Shown in pieces: positions 1-7,625 of a stretch of DNA of 32,000 nt (position 1 is the first letter of the stretch; each line of letters opens with the position of its first letter). A program made the translations under genes and the position numbers. The stretch covers positions 741,300 through 773,299 of the forward strand of contig NZ_JACJVJ010000002.1 of the NCBI RefSeq assembly GCF_014237875.1, given 5' to 3'. The notes below the pieces were generated by a model that ran no database searches, was not told the origin of the DNA, and saw only the letters and a program-made list of their open reading frames with translations. This DNA is from Parasphingopyxis marina (GTDB lineage Bacteria > Pseudomonadota > Alphaproteobacteria > Sphingomonadales > Sphingomonadaceae).

Positions 1-2569
1 TCTCGGTCGTCGGTCCGCCGAAGCGCGCGGCCACGGTCGCGCCGCCATCGGCATAGCGGATCGTGCTTTCGGGGATCACCCAGCCCTCTTCCTCCTTGCG
101 GACCACGAGCGGGGTGAGCGTGATCGGTTCGCCGCGGAAAGTGCCGTCGCCTTCGATCGCGATGCTCTCCGGCGTGATATCGGCCGAGGCGGAAAAATCG
201 AAGCGACGGCCGCGCGCGCCCGCAAGGCTGGCCGTCACGCTGCCATAGCCGTTTTCGAGCTCCGCCGATCCGGCGAAGCGGGCGATCGAAATGCCGCGGC
301 GGCGAAAACCCGTCATGCTGAGGCTGCCCTGCACCGAAGAGCCGCCCTCGCTCGGGCTCCAGCGCAATTCGAGCAACGCCTCGCGCACGGTCGCGTCGAT
401 CATGCCGCCGAGCTGGGCATCCTCCGCGCTGAGGTTCGCGGTAACGACCTGGTTGCCATTTTCCACCGCCAGCACGACGTCGCCATCCAGTCCCGAGCCG
501 GTGAGATCGAGGCTGCCGACGACCCCGCCATCGGCAAAGACCAGCCGGCCCTGCGACCGCGTATCCGAGACGAGCAGCTCGGCGACGTCGATCGCGACCG
601 GAGCGTTGGCCGGCAGCTGGATCGCGCCGATGGATGTGAAGGGACCGGCCGGCGACTGGCCGTTGGCGCTATAGGCATATCCCGTCGCCGTCGGGTCCAG
701 CGTCGCTTCGACATCGGTTATCCCGGAAACCGGGCGGGCGAGCGCGAGGTCGACATGCGGCCGCGAGGGACTGCCCGATGCGGTCAGCCGCAGCGGCCCA
801 TATTGCGCCTGCTCGCCCGACCCGGTGATATGGATCTGCCCATTGCCGTCGATATGGCCCTGCCCGGTAAAGCGCAGCCCCGGCGAGCGCAGCCGCGCAT
901 CGGCAAAGCCCAGCCGCCCGTCCGGGCGGTATGCGATCGACGCGTCGAGCGTCGGCAAGCCCTCGGTCAGCGAGGCGGCGAAGCCGTTTTCGAGAGTCCG
1001 GGCGACGGCGCGGGCGCGCCCGGCGATCGCGAAACGCCCGCCCGGCGCGGGACGGACGTCGACGCGCGTCGCCACGTCGAACGTGCCGAGGCCCGGCAGG
1101 CGGTAGCGGTCGATATCCGCGTTGAGCGCCACCGCATAATCGCCGCTCGCCAGATCGTAGATCGCCGAGGCGGTACCGCGCAGCCGATCCGACCGCAGCC
1201 GCAAATCGTCTCCCACGATCTGGTCCGCCGTCACCAGCAACGCGCCATCGATCGAAGCGTTGCGCAGCACACCGGCGGTTTCGGCATCGAAGCCGGTGAT
1301 CCGGCTCGCGCGCGCGCGCACGGGAATCGTGAAGGGGGTTTCGGAGAGCCTGCCCTCGCCCGCCACCTGCAGGTTCTGGAACCCGGTGCTGCCGATCGCC
1401 GCCTGCTGCGCGGTGAGCCGATAGGCGAAGCCCGCGCGGTCGAACGGCCCGTCCAGCGCCACCCGCATCCGCACATCGGCGCCGCGCATCGTATCGACCA
1501 GTGCGGCAGGCTGCAGCAACCGGATATCGGCGACGAAGCCGTCGAACGCGCTGGCCGCGAAATCGAGCACGCCGCGCCCTTCGATAACCGCCGCGCGCGA
1601 CCGAATGTCGAAATCGCCCGTCAGCCGCCGCTCCTCGAAGGTCGCATGCGCCGCGAGATTCATCTCAGGCGCCGAGAGCCGCGTCACCAGCCCCGGATCG
1701 AACAGGTCGGACGAGCGCACCACGCCGGCGAGCACATAGCTGCCGTCGCGCACTGCCAGGGTGAGATCCACCGCCCGCGCCTCGCCGCTATCGACCCGCG
1801 CATAGCCGTCCCACTGGCTCCACGTTCCGCTGCCCGCGATATCGACCGTCACCGCACTGCGGATACCGGTCAGCCCGGCAAGGATACCGCCCTCCGGCGC
1901 CTGCAGGTCGAGATCGATATCGAAAATATCGCCATCGGGTTCGGCATCGAGCATCAGCGCCAGTCGCTCGCCGCCATCGATGGCGTGCGCGTCGAGGGTG
2001 ATGCGCGCGCGGCCGCTTCGGATATCGGCATTGCCCGAGAGCGCCGCATCCCGCCGCTCGCCGGTCACCGCCTCGGCAAAGCGGAAACGTTCGATATCGA
2101 GCGTCCCGATGCGAATATCGAAGCCCGGCAGGATCGGCTGGTCTTCTTCCTCCGACGGGATCAGCGCGGGCAGCTTGTGCAGGATCACGAAATCGGATCG
2201 GACGTCGTCGATATCGAGCCGGCCGACGAACAGATAGGCGAGCGGGTTCCAGTCGACGCCGAGCTCCGGCGCTTCGAAGAACAGCCCGTCGGGATCGTAG
2301 AGGCGCAGGTCGGAAACCGTCATCTGACTGTAGATCGATCCGTCGATCCTGCCGATCCGGATGCGCATGCCGTTGGCCGGCTCCATCGCCTCGATCCGGT
2401 CGATGATGAAGCGGCGGCCGGGCGGTGTATCGATCAGCACGGCGATGGCGATCAGCAGGATGACGAGCCCCGCGACCGCGATCATCGCGCCGCGGAACAG
2501 CCGCCGACCCAGCGGGTCGCGCCTCGGCGGTTCGCTGCCGTCGGCGATTTCGGCCCCGGTCTGCACCAT
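1..2569 (-). CDS. tamB: Translocation and assembly module protein TamB, N-terminal ~856 codons; 3' end runs off the left edge
   Basis: Absent from the ORF track because no stop lies in the window. Hand translation of the minus strand from ATG 2569-2567 gives MVQTGAEIADGSEPPRRDPLGRRLFRGAMIAVAGLVILLIAIAVLIDTPPGRRFIIDRIE... This is a signal-anchor helix followed by long G/D/A-rich beta-type sequence. The frame is still open at nt 2-4 (...IRYADGGATVAARFGGPTTE). The ATG overlaps the tamA stop as ATGA, and tamA-tamB is the canonical TAM operon order. The listed + ORF 755..2674 is its antisense shadow. Confidence 0.8.
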   Translation of the reverse strand, partial: MVQTGAEIADGSEPPRRDPLGRRLFRGAMIAVAGLVILLIAIAVLIDTPPGRRFIIDRIEAMEPANGMRIRIGRIDGSIYSQMTVSDLRLYDPDGLFFEAPELGVDWNPLAYLFVGRLDIDDVRSDFVILHKLPALIPSEEEDQPILPGFDIRIGTLDIERFRFAEAVTGERRDAALSGNADIRSGRARITLDAHAIDGGERLALMLDAEPDGDIFDIDLDLQAPEGGILAGLTGIRSAVTVDIAGSGTWSQWDGYARVDSGEARAVDLTLAVRDGSYVLAGVVRSSDLFDPGLVTRLSAPEMNLAAHATFEERRLTGDFDIRSRAAVIEGRGVLDFAASAFDGFVADIRLLQPAALVDTMRGADVRMRVALDGPFDRAGFAYRLTAQQAAIGSTGFQNLQVAGEGRLSETPFTIPVRARASRITGFDAETAGVLRNASIDGALLVTADQIVGDDLRLRSDRLRGTASAIYDLASGDYAVALNADIDRYRLPGLGTFDVATRVDVRPAPGGRFAIAGRARAVARTLENGFAASLTEGLPTLDASIAYRPDGRLGFADARLRSPGLRFTGQGHIDGNGQIHITGSGEQAQYGPLRLTASGSPSRPHVDLALARPVSGITDVEATLDPTATGYAYSANGQSPAGPFTSIGAIQLPANAPVAIDVAELLVSDTRSQGRLVFADGGVVGSLDLTGSGLDGDVVLAVENGNQVVTANLSAEDAQLGGMIDATVREALLELRWSPSEGGSSVQGSLSMTGFRRRGISIARFAGSAELENGYGSVTASLAGARGRRFDFSASADITPESIAIEGDGTFRGEPITLTPLVVRKEEEGWVIPESTIRYADGGATVAARFGGPTTE

Positions 2570-4599
2570 CAGAAAGCCTGGCCCAGCGAGACGTATACGG
2601 CGATCACGGGATCGCCGGGCTGCGGATTGATCGGCGTGCCGACATCCACGCGGATCGGGCCGAAGCTCGAATAATAGCGCACGCCGAGCCCGGCGCCGAA
2701 GCGCAGACCCGAGAAATCGGGATAGAGATCGGTATAGATTGCGCCGGCATCGACGAACGGCACGACGCCGAAATTGCCGAACCGGTAGCGCGCCTCGATC
2801 GCCATTTCGACGAGGCTGCGGCCGCCGATCGGGTCGTTGTTCGCATCGCGCGGGCCGATCGACTGATAGCTATAGCCGCGCACCGAACCGCCGCCGCCCG
2901 CATAGAAGCGCCGCGAGGGCGCGATATCTTCCCGGCCCGCGCCCGGGATCGCGCCGAGCCGGACGCGACCGGCCATGGTCAGCGCGTCCATCAGTTCGAT
3001 ATAGACGCTGCCGTCGAGTTGCACCCGGACATAGCCGAACACCTGATCCTGGAGCGAGAGTTCGGGCGAGACGAGCGCCGAGAGCCGGAAGCCCTCTTCC
3101 GGGTTTAGCAGGTCGTTGGTGCCGTCATAGGAAAGGCCCAGCGGCAGCGCGGCGATGAAGAAGGTGCGCCGGCGGCGGGTGTTGGTCGAAAGCACGATGT
3201 CGCGTTCGTCCGAAGCGAGCAGCTCGGTGCCGATCGACCAGGTCCATTCCTTCTGCCACAGCTGGTTCGATACCCGTTCGAAACCCGCGGTCAGCCCCGC
3301 CGTGCGCGCCGCATAGGCATCGCGGCTGGTGTTGCTGGCGAAAAGCTGGACGCTCAATATCTGGTCGCGGTCCAGGAAATTGCTGCGCCGAAAGCTGACG
3401 CCGGCAAATTGTTCCTCGGTGCCCAGGATGCCGCGCACGCCGAGCGCGCCTTCGGGCGGGAACAGGTTGCGATGTTCCCAATTGCCTTCGATCCGCGCGC
3501 CTTCGCCGGTGCTGTAGCCGATGGCGCCGGCGATCGTGCGCGGCGGCGCGGGTTCCATGGAAACGTCGAGATCGACAAGCCCCGGATCGTCGCTCTCGAC
3601 CGGGGTCAGCCCGACGCGCGAGATAAGCCCGGTCTGGATCAGCGCGCGGCGCAGATCGTCGACCATCCGCGTGGAATACAGTTCACCGGGCTCGAACCGG
3701 GCGATCGTCTGGACATGCTCGGCGCCGAATATTTCCTCCGCGCCCTCGCTGACCCGTATCGCGCCGAAATTGCGCTCGCCGCCGGGATCGACCGGCAGCA
3801 CGAGCCGCGCCCTGCCCGTGGCATGATCGACAACGACTTCCTCATCGCCGACTTCGGCAAAGGGATAGCCGCGATTGCCGAGTTCGGCCGCAAGATTTGT
3901 CTCGGCAGCCGTCACCGCGGCGGCATCGACGGGATCGTCGGTTTCGACCGGGAATTGCCCGCGCAGCTCCTCGGTCCGCTCGCCGGCCGAAGCGAGCCCC
4001 GGCAGCTCTACGGAGTCGAATGTATAGATCGGCCCCGGCTCGATCTCGAACACCACTTCGATACGGCCCTGGTCCGCCGCGCCTTCGAGCAAGGGCACGA
4101 TCCGGGCATCATAATAGCCATGGGCGCGCATGATCTGGCGCAGGGTAACGCGGTCGGCATCGGCGCGACGGTTGATCTGGGCGACCACCGCGCGATCTCC
4201 GTCGTTCGCGCGCAATTGGGAGAGCGCGTTGAACTGGCTGCGAATGGAGCCCGCCGGCTCGACATCGTCGAGCCCTCGCAGGGCAACAGAATAGCGCTGC
4301 TCGGCATCGATCGCGACCGCCTGGGACGCTTCGCCGGTTTCGCTGTCGGCAACGGCTTCCATATCGGGCCATTCGACACCGAAATCGGGAAAGTCGCTCA
4401 TCGGCGCGGCGGCGCGTCCCGCGCCTGCCGTGTCGAGCGGTTCGAGGTCCCCGGTCGCGACCGAGCCGACCTCTTCCTCCACGTCCCGAGCAAGGTCGCC
4501 GGCGGCATCCTGCGCAGCGGCCTGCGATGAAAACCCAAAAACGCACAAAGCGGCAAGCGAACCGAAAAACGCCCGGCCCGGCCTAGACAACCCGTTCAT
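2569..4599 (-). CDS. tamA: Omp85-family outer membrane protein TamA (autotransporter assembly complex)
   Basis: ORF 2569..4635, whose listed start is a TTG. ATG at 4599 gives MNGLSRPGRAFFGSLAALCVFGFSSQAAAQD, a clean signal peptide. The N-terminal half is POTRA-like and the C-terminal half is a BamA/Omp85-type barrel ending ...VYVSLGQAF (terminal aromatic). It is followed by tamB with an ATGA overlap. Confidence 0.9.
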   Translation of the reverse strand: MNGLSRPGRAFFGSLAALCVFGFSSQAAAQDAAGDLARDVEEEVGSVATGDLEPLDTAGAGRAAAPMSDFPDFGVEWPDMEAVADSETGEASQAVAIDAEQRYSVALRGLDDVEPAGSIRSQFNALSQLRANDGDRAVVAQINRRADADRVTLRQIMRAHGYYDARIVPLLEGAADQGRIEVVFEIEPGPIYTFDSVELPGLASAGERTEELRGQFPVETDDPVDAAAVTAAETNLAAELGNRGYPFAEVGDEEVVVDHATGRARLVLPVDPGGERNFGAIRVSEGAEEIFGAEHVQTIARFEPGELYSTRMVDDLRRALIQTGLISRVGLTPVESDDPGLVDLDVSMEPAPPRTIAGAIGYSTGEGARIEGNWEHRNLFPPEGALGVRGILGTEEQFAGVSFRRSNFLDRDQILSVQLFASNTSRDAYAARTAGLTAGFERVSNQLWQKEWTWSIGTELLASDERDIVLSTNTRRRRTFFIAALPLGLSYDGTNDLLNPEEGFRLSALVSPELSLQDQVFGYVRVQLDGSVYIELMDALTMAGRVRLGAIPGAGREDIAPSRRFYAGGGGSVRGYSYQSIGPRDANNDPIGGRSLVEMAIEARYRFGNFGVVPFVDAGAIYTDLYPDFSGLRFGAGLGVRYYSSFGPIRVDVGTPINPQPGDPVIAVYVSLGQAF

Positions 4600-4637
4600 C
4601 GGACCATGGTAACGCGATTGGCGCGCGACCGCCAATC

Positions 4638-4651
4638 AATTGCGCGCAATT
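4638..4651. promoter_or_regulatory. Perfect 14-bp palindrome AATTGCGCGCAATT upstream of tamA; candidate regulator binding site
   Basis: Read directly from the sequence. It lies 39-52 nt upstream of the tamA ATG (4599). Immediately beside it is a 7-bp-stem inverted repeat ATTGGCG-N6-CGCCAAT (4617-4636) that shares the ATTG(G)CGCGC core. Confidence 0.3.
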
Positions 4652-4696
4652 TCAACGATATGCCGCCCCGGGCGGGCGCACCGCCCCAAGGCAAGC

Positions 4697-4909
4697 CTAG
4701 TGCAGGGTCGCGTCGATATCCTCGCTGTCCATCCATTCGACCAGCCGGGCGATCTGGCGCCAGCGGCAGAAATGGACGATATTGCCGACATCGCGGCTGC
4801 GGCTGGCGCGCGCGGCCGCTTCGGATCGGGCATTCTCGCCATAATGCGTCAACAGTTCATGCGCATCGGCAACGGCTTCGCTGTCGGCAATATAGAAGTG
4901 TTGCTGCAT
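4697..4909 (-). CDS. Small conserved hypothetical protein (70 aa)
   Basis: ORF MQQHFYIADSEAVADAHELLTHYGENARSEAAARASRSRDVGNIVHFCRWRQIARLVEWMDSEDIDATLH. It has GC-rich third codon positions and an SD (TAAGGAT) 8-9 nt before the ATG. The HFCRWRQ core resembles a small protein I recall as widespread in alphaproteobacteria (unverified). The overlapping + ORF 4640..4915 is R/A-rich junk. Confidence 0.6.
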   Translation of the reverse strand: MQQHFYIADSEAVADAHELLTHYGENARSEAAARASRSRDVGNIVHFCRWRQIARLVEWMDSEDIDATLH

Positions 4910-4985
4910 CTTTGAATCCTTACCGGCGTAGTGCCGTCCCCCATGTCAGTGAGGTCCTATTAAGGAAAATGCCTTTCCGTATTCC

Positions 4986-5010
4986 GGAAGAAACTGGTGA
5001 AAATTGCGTT
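4986..5010 (+). promoter_or_regulatory. Near-consensus EcfG-type box GGAAG-N16-CGTT (one mismatch in the -35 element)
   Basis: GGAAG at 4986-4990, a 16-nt spacer, then CGTT at 5007-5010. It points toward the small membrane protein gene (ATG 5094). The published consensus is GGAAC-N16/17-CGTT, so the final -35 base is wrong. Confidence 0.2.
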
Positions 5011-5093
5011 AGGCACGCCCGAACCACGCTGGGGTCACGCCGGGATCACGGCCACGCGTGACAGCCGCGCCCGGCGGTGCCATAGGCGCGACC

Positions 5094-5264
5094 ATGAAAA
5101 AAGCGCGGCGTGAAGGATATATTGGCGGCGGGGTCTTTCTGGCGATCGGGCCGATCGCGGGCCTTGCCGCGGGCACCGTCCTCGGCCAGCCCAGCGCGGG
5201 GCTGGTAGCGGGGATCGCCGCCGGCATCGCACTGATGGCCGGCTTCTACTTCTTCTCGCGCTAG
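5094..5264 (+). CDS. Small Gly/Ala-rich membrane protein (56 aa from ATG 5094; the ORF opens at GTG 5058)
   Basis: MKKARREGYIGGGVFLAIGPIAGLAAGTVLGQPSAGLVAGIAAGIALMAGFYFFSR has two glycine-zipper-like hydrophobic segments and strongly GC-biased third positions. Its stop TAG (5262-5264) overlaps the stop of the convergent repressor gene as CTAG. Confidence 0.5.
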   Translation: MKKARREGYIGGGVFLAIGPIAGLAAGTVLGQPSAGLVAGIAAGIALMAGFYFFSR

Positions 5265-5938
5265 GCGACGCGCCGCCCGGCCCAGACGACCCGGCCGACA
5301 ATCTCGACATCGGCGGGATCGCAATCGGGCCAGTCGGAATAATCGACATTGTCGCTCTTGATCGTGAAGCGCCGGCTCGCCGGGTTCATCGCGATCCGCT
5401 TGACGATCAACGCGTCATCGACCCGCAGCACGTAAATCCCGTCGCGCAGCCGCTCGCCGCCATCCTCCCGGCTGACGAGAATCTCGTCGCCGTCCGACAG
5501 GGTCGGTTCCATCGAATCGCCGTCGACCGTGATGATCGAAAGCCGCGCCGGATCGCCGCCCGCCAGCTTGCGCAGCCAGCGCCGGGGAAAGGCGATATGC
5601 GATAGCTCGTCCTCGCTTCCCGGAAGCGCGCCCGGCCCGGCGGACGCGCCGATCGCATAATGGCGCACCGCGATCATATCGTCATTCGCGGCCGAAGCGA
5701 TCGAGCCCTTCCCTATGGCGGCCCTTCCCGCGCGCGCGCCCAGCTGCGCCTCGTCCACCCCGAAATATTCGGCGAGCAACGCGCGGTCGTCCTCGGCCAG
5801 CCGGCGCGGTGTGCCGCGCTTGATATATTGCTGAATATAGGCCGCGTTCCGCCCGATCAGGCGAGACAGCGACGCATAGTCGTCGCCGCGTTCCTGCGCG
5901 AGCCGCTCCAAAACGGCACGGGGATCTTCTTGGTCCAT
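5261..5938 (-). CDS. CI/LexA-like transcriptional repressor: XRE-type HTH plus S24 self-cleaving peptidase domain
   Basis: 225 aa. The N-terminal HTH is ...YASLSRLIGRNAAYIQQYIKRGTPRRL.... The linker contains Ala-Gly (AIGASAGPGAL). The S24 motifs are intact: VDGDSMEPTL (catalytic Ser) and ALIVKRI (catalytic Lys). Confidence 0.85.
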   Translation of the reverse strand: MDQEDPRAVLERLAQERGDDYASLSRLIGRNAAYIQQYIKRGTPRRLAEDDRALLAEYFGVDEAQLGARAGRAAIGKGSIASAANDDMIAVRHYAIGASAGPGALPGSEDELSHIAFPRRWLRKLAGGDPARLSIITVDGDSMEPTLSDGDEILVSREDGGERLRDGIYVLRVDDALIVKRIAMNPASRRFTIKSDNVDYSDWPDCDPADVEIVGRVVWAGRRVA

Positions 5939-5954
5939 ATTGGCACCTTACCAA

Positions 5955-5968
5955 TAGGAATATTCCTA
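5955..5968. promoter_or_regulatory. Operator candidate O1: perfect palindrome TAGGAATATTCCTA
   Basis: Perfect 14-bp inverted repeat, 17 nt upstream of the repressor ATG (5938), in the most AT-rich stretch of the window. Confidence 0.55.
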
Positions 5969-5974
5969 GACAAG

Positions 5975-5988
5975 TAGGAAATTACCTT
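5975..5988. promoter_or_regulatory. Operator candidate O2: degenerate copy TAGGAAATTACCTT
   Basis: 10/14 match to O1, with the left half-site TAGGAA intact. Its centre is 20 bp from O1 and 19 bp from O3. Confidence 0.3.
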
Positions 5989-5993
5989 TGAGA

Positions 5994-6007
5994 TAGGAAT
6001 ATGCCTA
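5994..6007. promoter_or_regulatory. Operator candidate O3: TAGGAATATGCCTA (13/14 match to O1)
   Basis: Near-perfect palindrome 46 nt upstream of the ATG of the 64-aa gene (6053). Confidence 0.5.
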
Positions 6008-6052
6008 TCGGCGGCGAGTCGTCGCCGTCGCCAGAGAGAAGGAGGGATATTC

Positions 6053-6247
6053 ATGAGCATGCTGATCGACATCGACCGTTTCCTACGCCGCACCAACACC
6101 GCGCCGACCCGCTTCGGGCGCGAAGCCGTGAACGACCCCCGCTTCGTGTTCGACATACGCCGCGGGCGCGAATGCGGCGGCAAGGTGCGCGCGCGCGTAT
6201 ACAAATATATCAGTGCGGCCGACGCCCGGCCCGGCCGGTGCGGATGA
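6053..6247 (+). CDS. Small basic protein (64 aa), possible DNA-binding protein; first gene of the repressor-controlled pair
   Basis: MSMLIDIDRFLRRTNTAPTRFGREAVNDPRFVFDIRRGRECGGKVRARVYKYISAADARPGRCG. A strong SD (AAGGAGGG, 6039-6046) sits 6 nt before the ATG. The protein is Arg-rich. It lies divergent from the S24 repressor. Confidence 0.6.
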   Translation: MSMLIDIDRFLRRTNTAPTRFGREAVNDPRFVFDIRRGRECGGKVRARVYKYISAADARPGRCG

Positions 6248-6564
6248 GGGAGCGCGCCTATACCGGCGGCCTCGGCCCCCTGCTCCGTGCCCTGCGCCAG
6301 CGCGCGGGCGCGGAGCCGGTGATCGAGGACGTGCGCACGACGCCCTGGGCCAGCATCACCTTTTCCGGCGCGCGCCATCGCATCGCCTTGCGGCTTGAAG
6401 GGGCAAGCGCGCCCGATGCCGCCCGCGCTATGAGCGAGGGGCTGGACTATGCCGAGTTCGATCTCGGCGCGTATATCCTGGTCGACATCGCCGTCGCCGA
6501 AACCCGTCTTGCCGGGGACGGGGTCCACCTCGTGATCGAGGCGCTCGTTATCGAAAACGACTAG
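6244..6564 (+). CDS. Small acidic hypothetical protein (106 aa), translationally coupled to the 64-aa gene
   Basis: Internal ATG at 6244 of ORF 6001..6564 overlaps the upstream stop as ATGA. Product: MRERAYTGGLGPLLRALRQRAGAEPVIEDVRTTPWASITFSGARHRIALRLEGASAPDAARAMSEGLDYAEFDLGAYILVDIAVAETRLAGDGVHLVIEALVIEND. The 5' part of the listed 187-aa ORF is R/P/H-rich and overlaps the 64-aa gene, so it is treated as non-coding in that frame. Confidence 0.55.
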   Translation: MRERAYTGGLGPLLRALRQRAGAEPVIEDVRTTPWASITFSGARHRIALRLEGASAPDAARAMSEGLDYAEFDLGAYILVDIAVAETRLAGDGVHLVIEALVIEND

Positions 6565-6567
6565 GCG

Positions 6568-7623
6568 TCAGGCGCCCTTGGCGGTGAGCTTCTGGAGCGC
6601 GTCGAGCGCTTCGCGCAACGCCGCCTCGCGATCGTTGCCGGGCTCGGCAACGGGATGCGGGGTGACATTGCTTGTGGCCGGGCTTGTGGCCGGGCTTTCG
6701 GTCTGGCTTGCGGCCTGGGCTGTTCCGCCCTTGTGCGCGCGGCGGCGTTCGAGACCGGCTTCTAGACGGGTCACAAGCTCGGCAAGTTCGGCACGGGCAT
6801 CGCCGGGCTGCGGCTTCGCTTCGGCCTGCACCGGAGCAGGTTGGACAACCGGTTCGGCTAGCGGCTCCTGGGTCGGCTCGGGCGCCTGAGCGGCTTCGGT
6901 TTCGCGCGGCCGCAGCGGGACGGTGAAGATCGGCTCTTCGTCGCTTTCTTCGGCAACCGGCTCGGCAACAGGGTCAGCCGCGAGCGGTTCCTCGTCGGCT
7001 TCGGGAGCTTGCGCGAATTCGGATTCCAGCTCGGGCTCAAGCGCCGGCTGCGGCGCGGGCTCCGGTTCTGCTATCTCCGGCTCGGCCTCTTCGGCAGCCG
7101 GGACCTCGTCCTCGAGAATATCGGCCATGCTGAGTTCGAGCGGCTCCTCCTCCTCAAAATCTTCCGGAACGACATCGACAAGATCAAGCGGCGCGCCGAG
7201 ATCGTCGCCCGCCATGATCGGGCGGCGATATGGCGCGTCGGGATGGAAGTCGGCGCGGCGCCGCACGGGCTGTTCTTCGGCTTCTTCGGCGTCGTAATGA
7301 TAGCCGAAGTCCGCGCGCGGCGTCCGGCGCTTGCGGCCGACGACGACCGAAAGCGCGATCCAAGCGCCGGTCGTGACGATCAGCGCGGCGATCAGCGCAA
7401 GATAGATGCGCGCGCGCGCGCCCAGCGGCGGTTCGGCAGCTGAGAAAATATCGGGCAGGCCCGTCCGGACGATGAAGGCTTCGAACAGCGGATTGGGAAT
7501 CATCAGGATCAGCGCGGCGACGATGAGGCCCGAAATCGCCGATGCGACCGGAACCTTGGGAAGCTTCGCCATCACGTCCGGCCAGGAAACGCCGTTGCGG
7601 ATCGTATCGAGACTGAGATTCAT
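6568..7623 (-). CDS. Membrane-anchored protein with a long acidic Pro/Glu/Ala-rich low-complexity region (351 aa), unknown function
   Basis: Two N-terminal hydrophobic segments (ISGLIVAALILMIPNPLF and IYLALIAALIVTTGAWIALSVVV). These are followed by ~200 aa of E/P/A-rich sequence and a C-terminal helical tail. The ATG lies 2 nt after the glycosyltransferase stop, with an SD (AAGGCGG) inside that gene's 3' end. Confidence 0.7.
   Translation of the reverse strand: MNLSLDTIRNGVSWPDVMAKLPKVPVASAISGLIVAALILMIPNPLFEAFIVRTGLPDIFSAAEPPLGARARIYLALIAALIVTTGAWIALSVVVGRKRRTPRADFGYHYDAEEAEEQPVRRRADFHPDAPYRRPIMAGDDLGAPLDLVDVVPEDFEEEEPLELSMADILEDEVPAAEEAEPEIAEPEPAPQPALEPELESEFAQAPEADEEPLAADPVAEPVAEESDEEPIFTVPLRPRETEAAQAPEPTQEPLAEPVVQPAPVQAEAKPQPGDARAELAELVTRLEAGLERRRAHKGGTAQAASQTESPATSPATSNVTPHPVAEPGNDREAALREALDALQKLTAKGA
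6671..6694 (-). repeat. In-frame 12-bp tandem duplication (CTTGTGGCCGGG x2) encoding SPAT-SPAT
   Basis: Direct repeat read in the sequence. It corresponds to ...ESPATSPATSN... in the acidic membrane protein. Confidence 0.8.
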
Positions 7624-7625
7624 GC

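Noticed and set aside
755-2674. 639-aa + strand ORF, the longest listed ORF at the left end
   Set aside because: Its composition is R/A/G/H/D/P-rich with no motif structure, typical of an antisense frame in high-GC DNA. The minus strand carries an open frame with a TamB-like sequence that is ATGA-coupled to tamA.
5941-5958. RpoN-like TGGCAC near the repressor start
   Set aside because: No TTGC follows at the required 5-nt spacing (TGGCAC-CTTAC-CAAT). The TGGCAC also overlaps the SD/start region of the repressor.
5261-6564. Interpreting the S24 repressor region as a prophage or prophage remnant
   Set aside because: The window contains no integrase, excisionase, tRNA or att-like repeat and no structural or lysis genes. 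The flanks are core genes and there is no compositional break apart from the operator region. A very old remnant cannot be excluded without comparative data.
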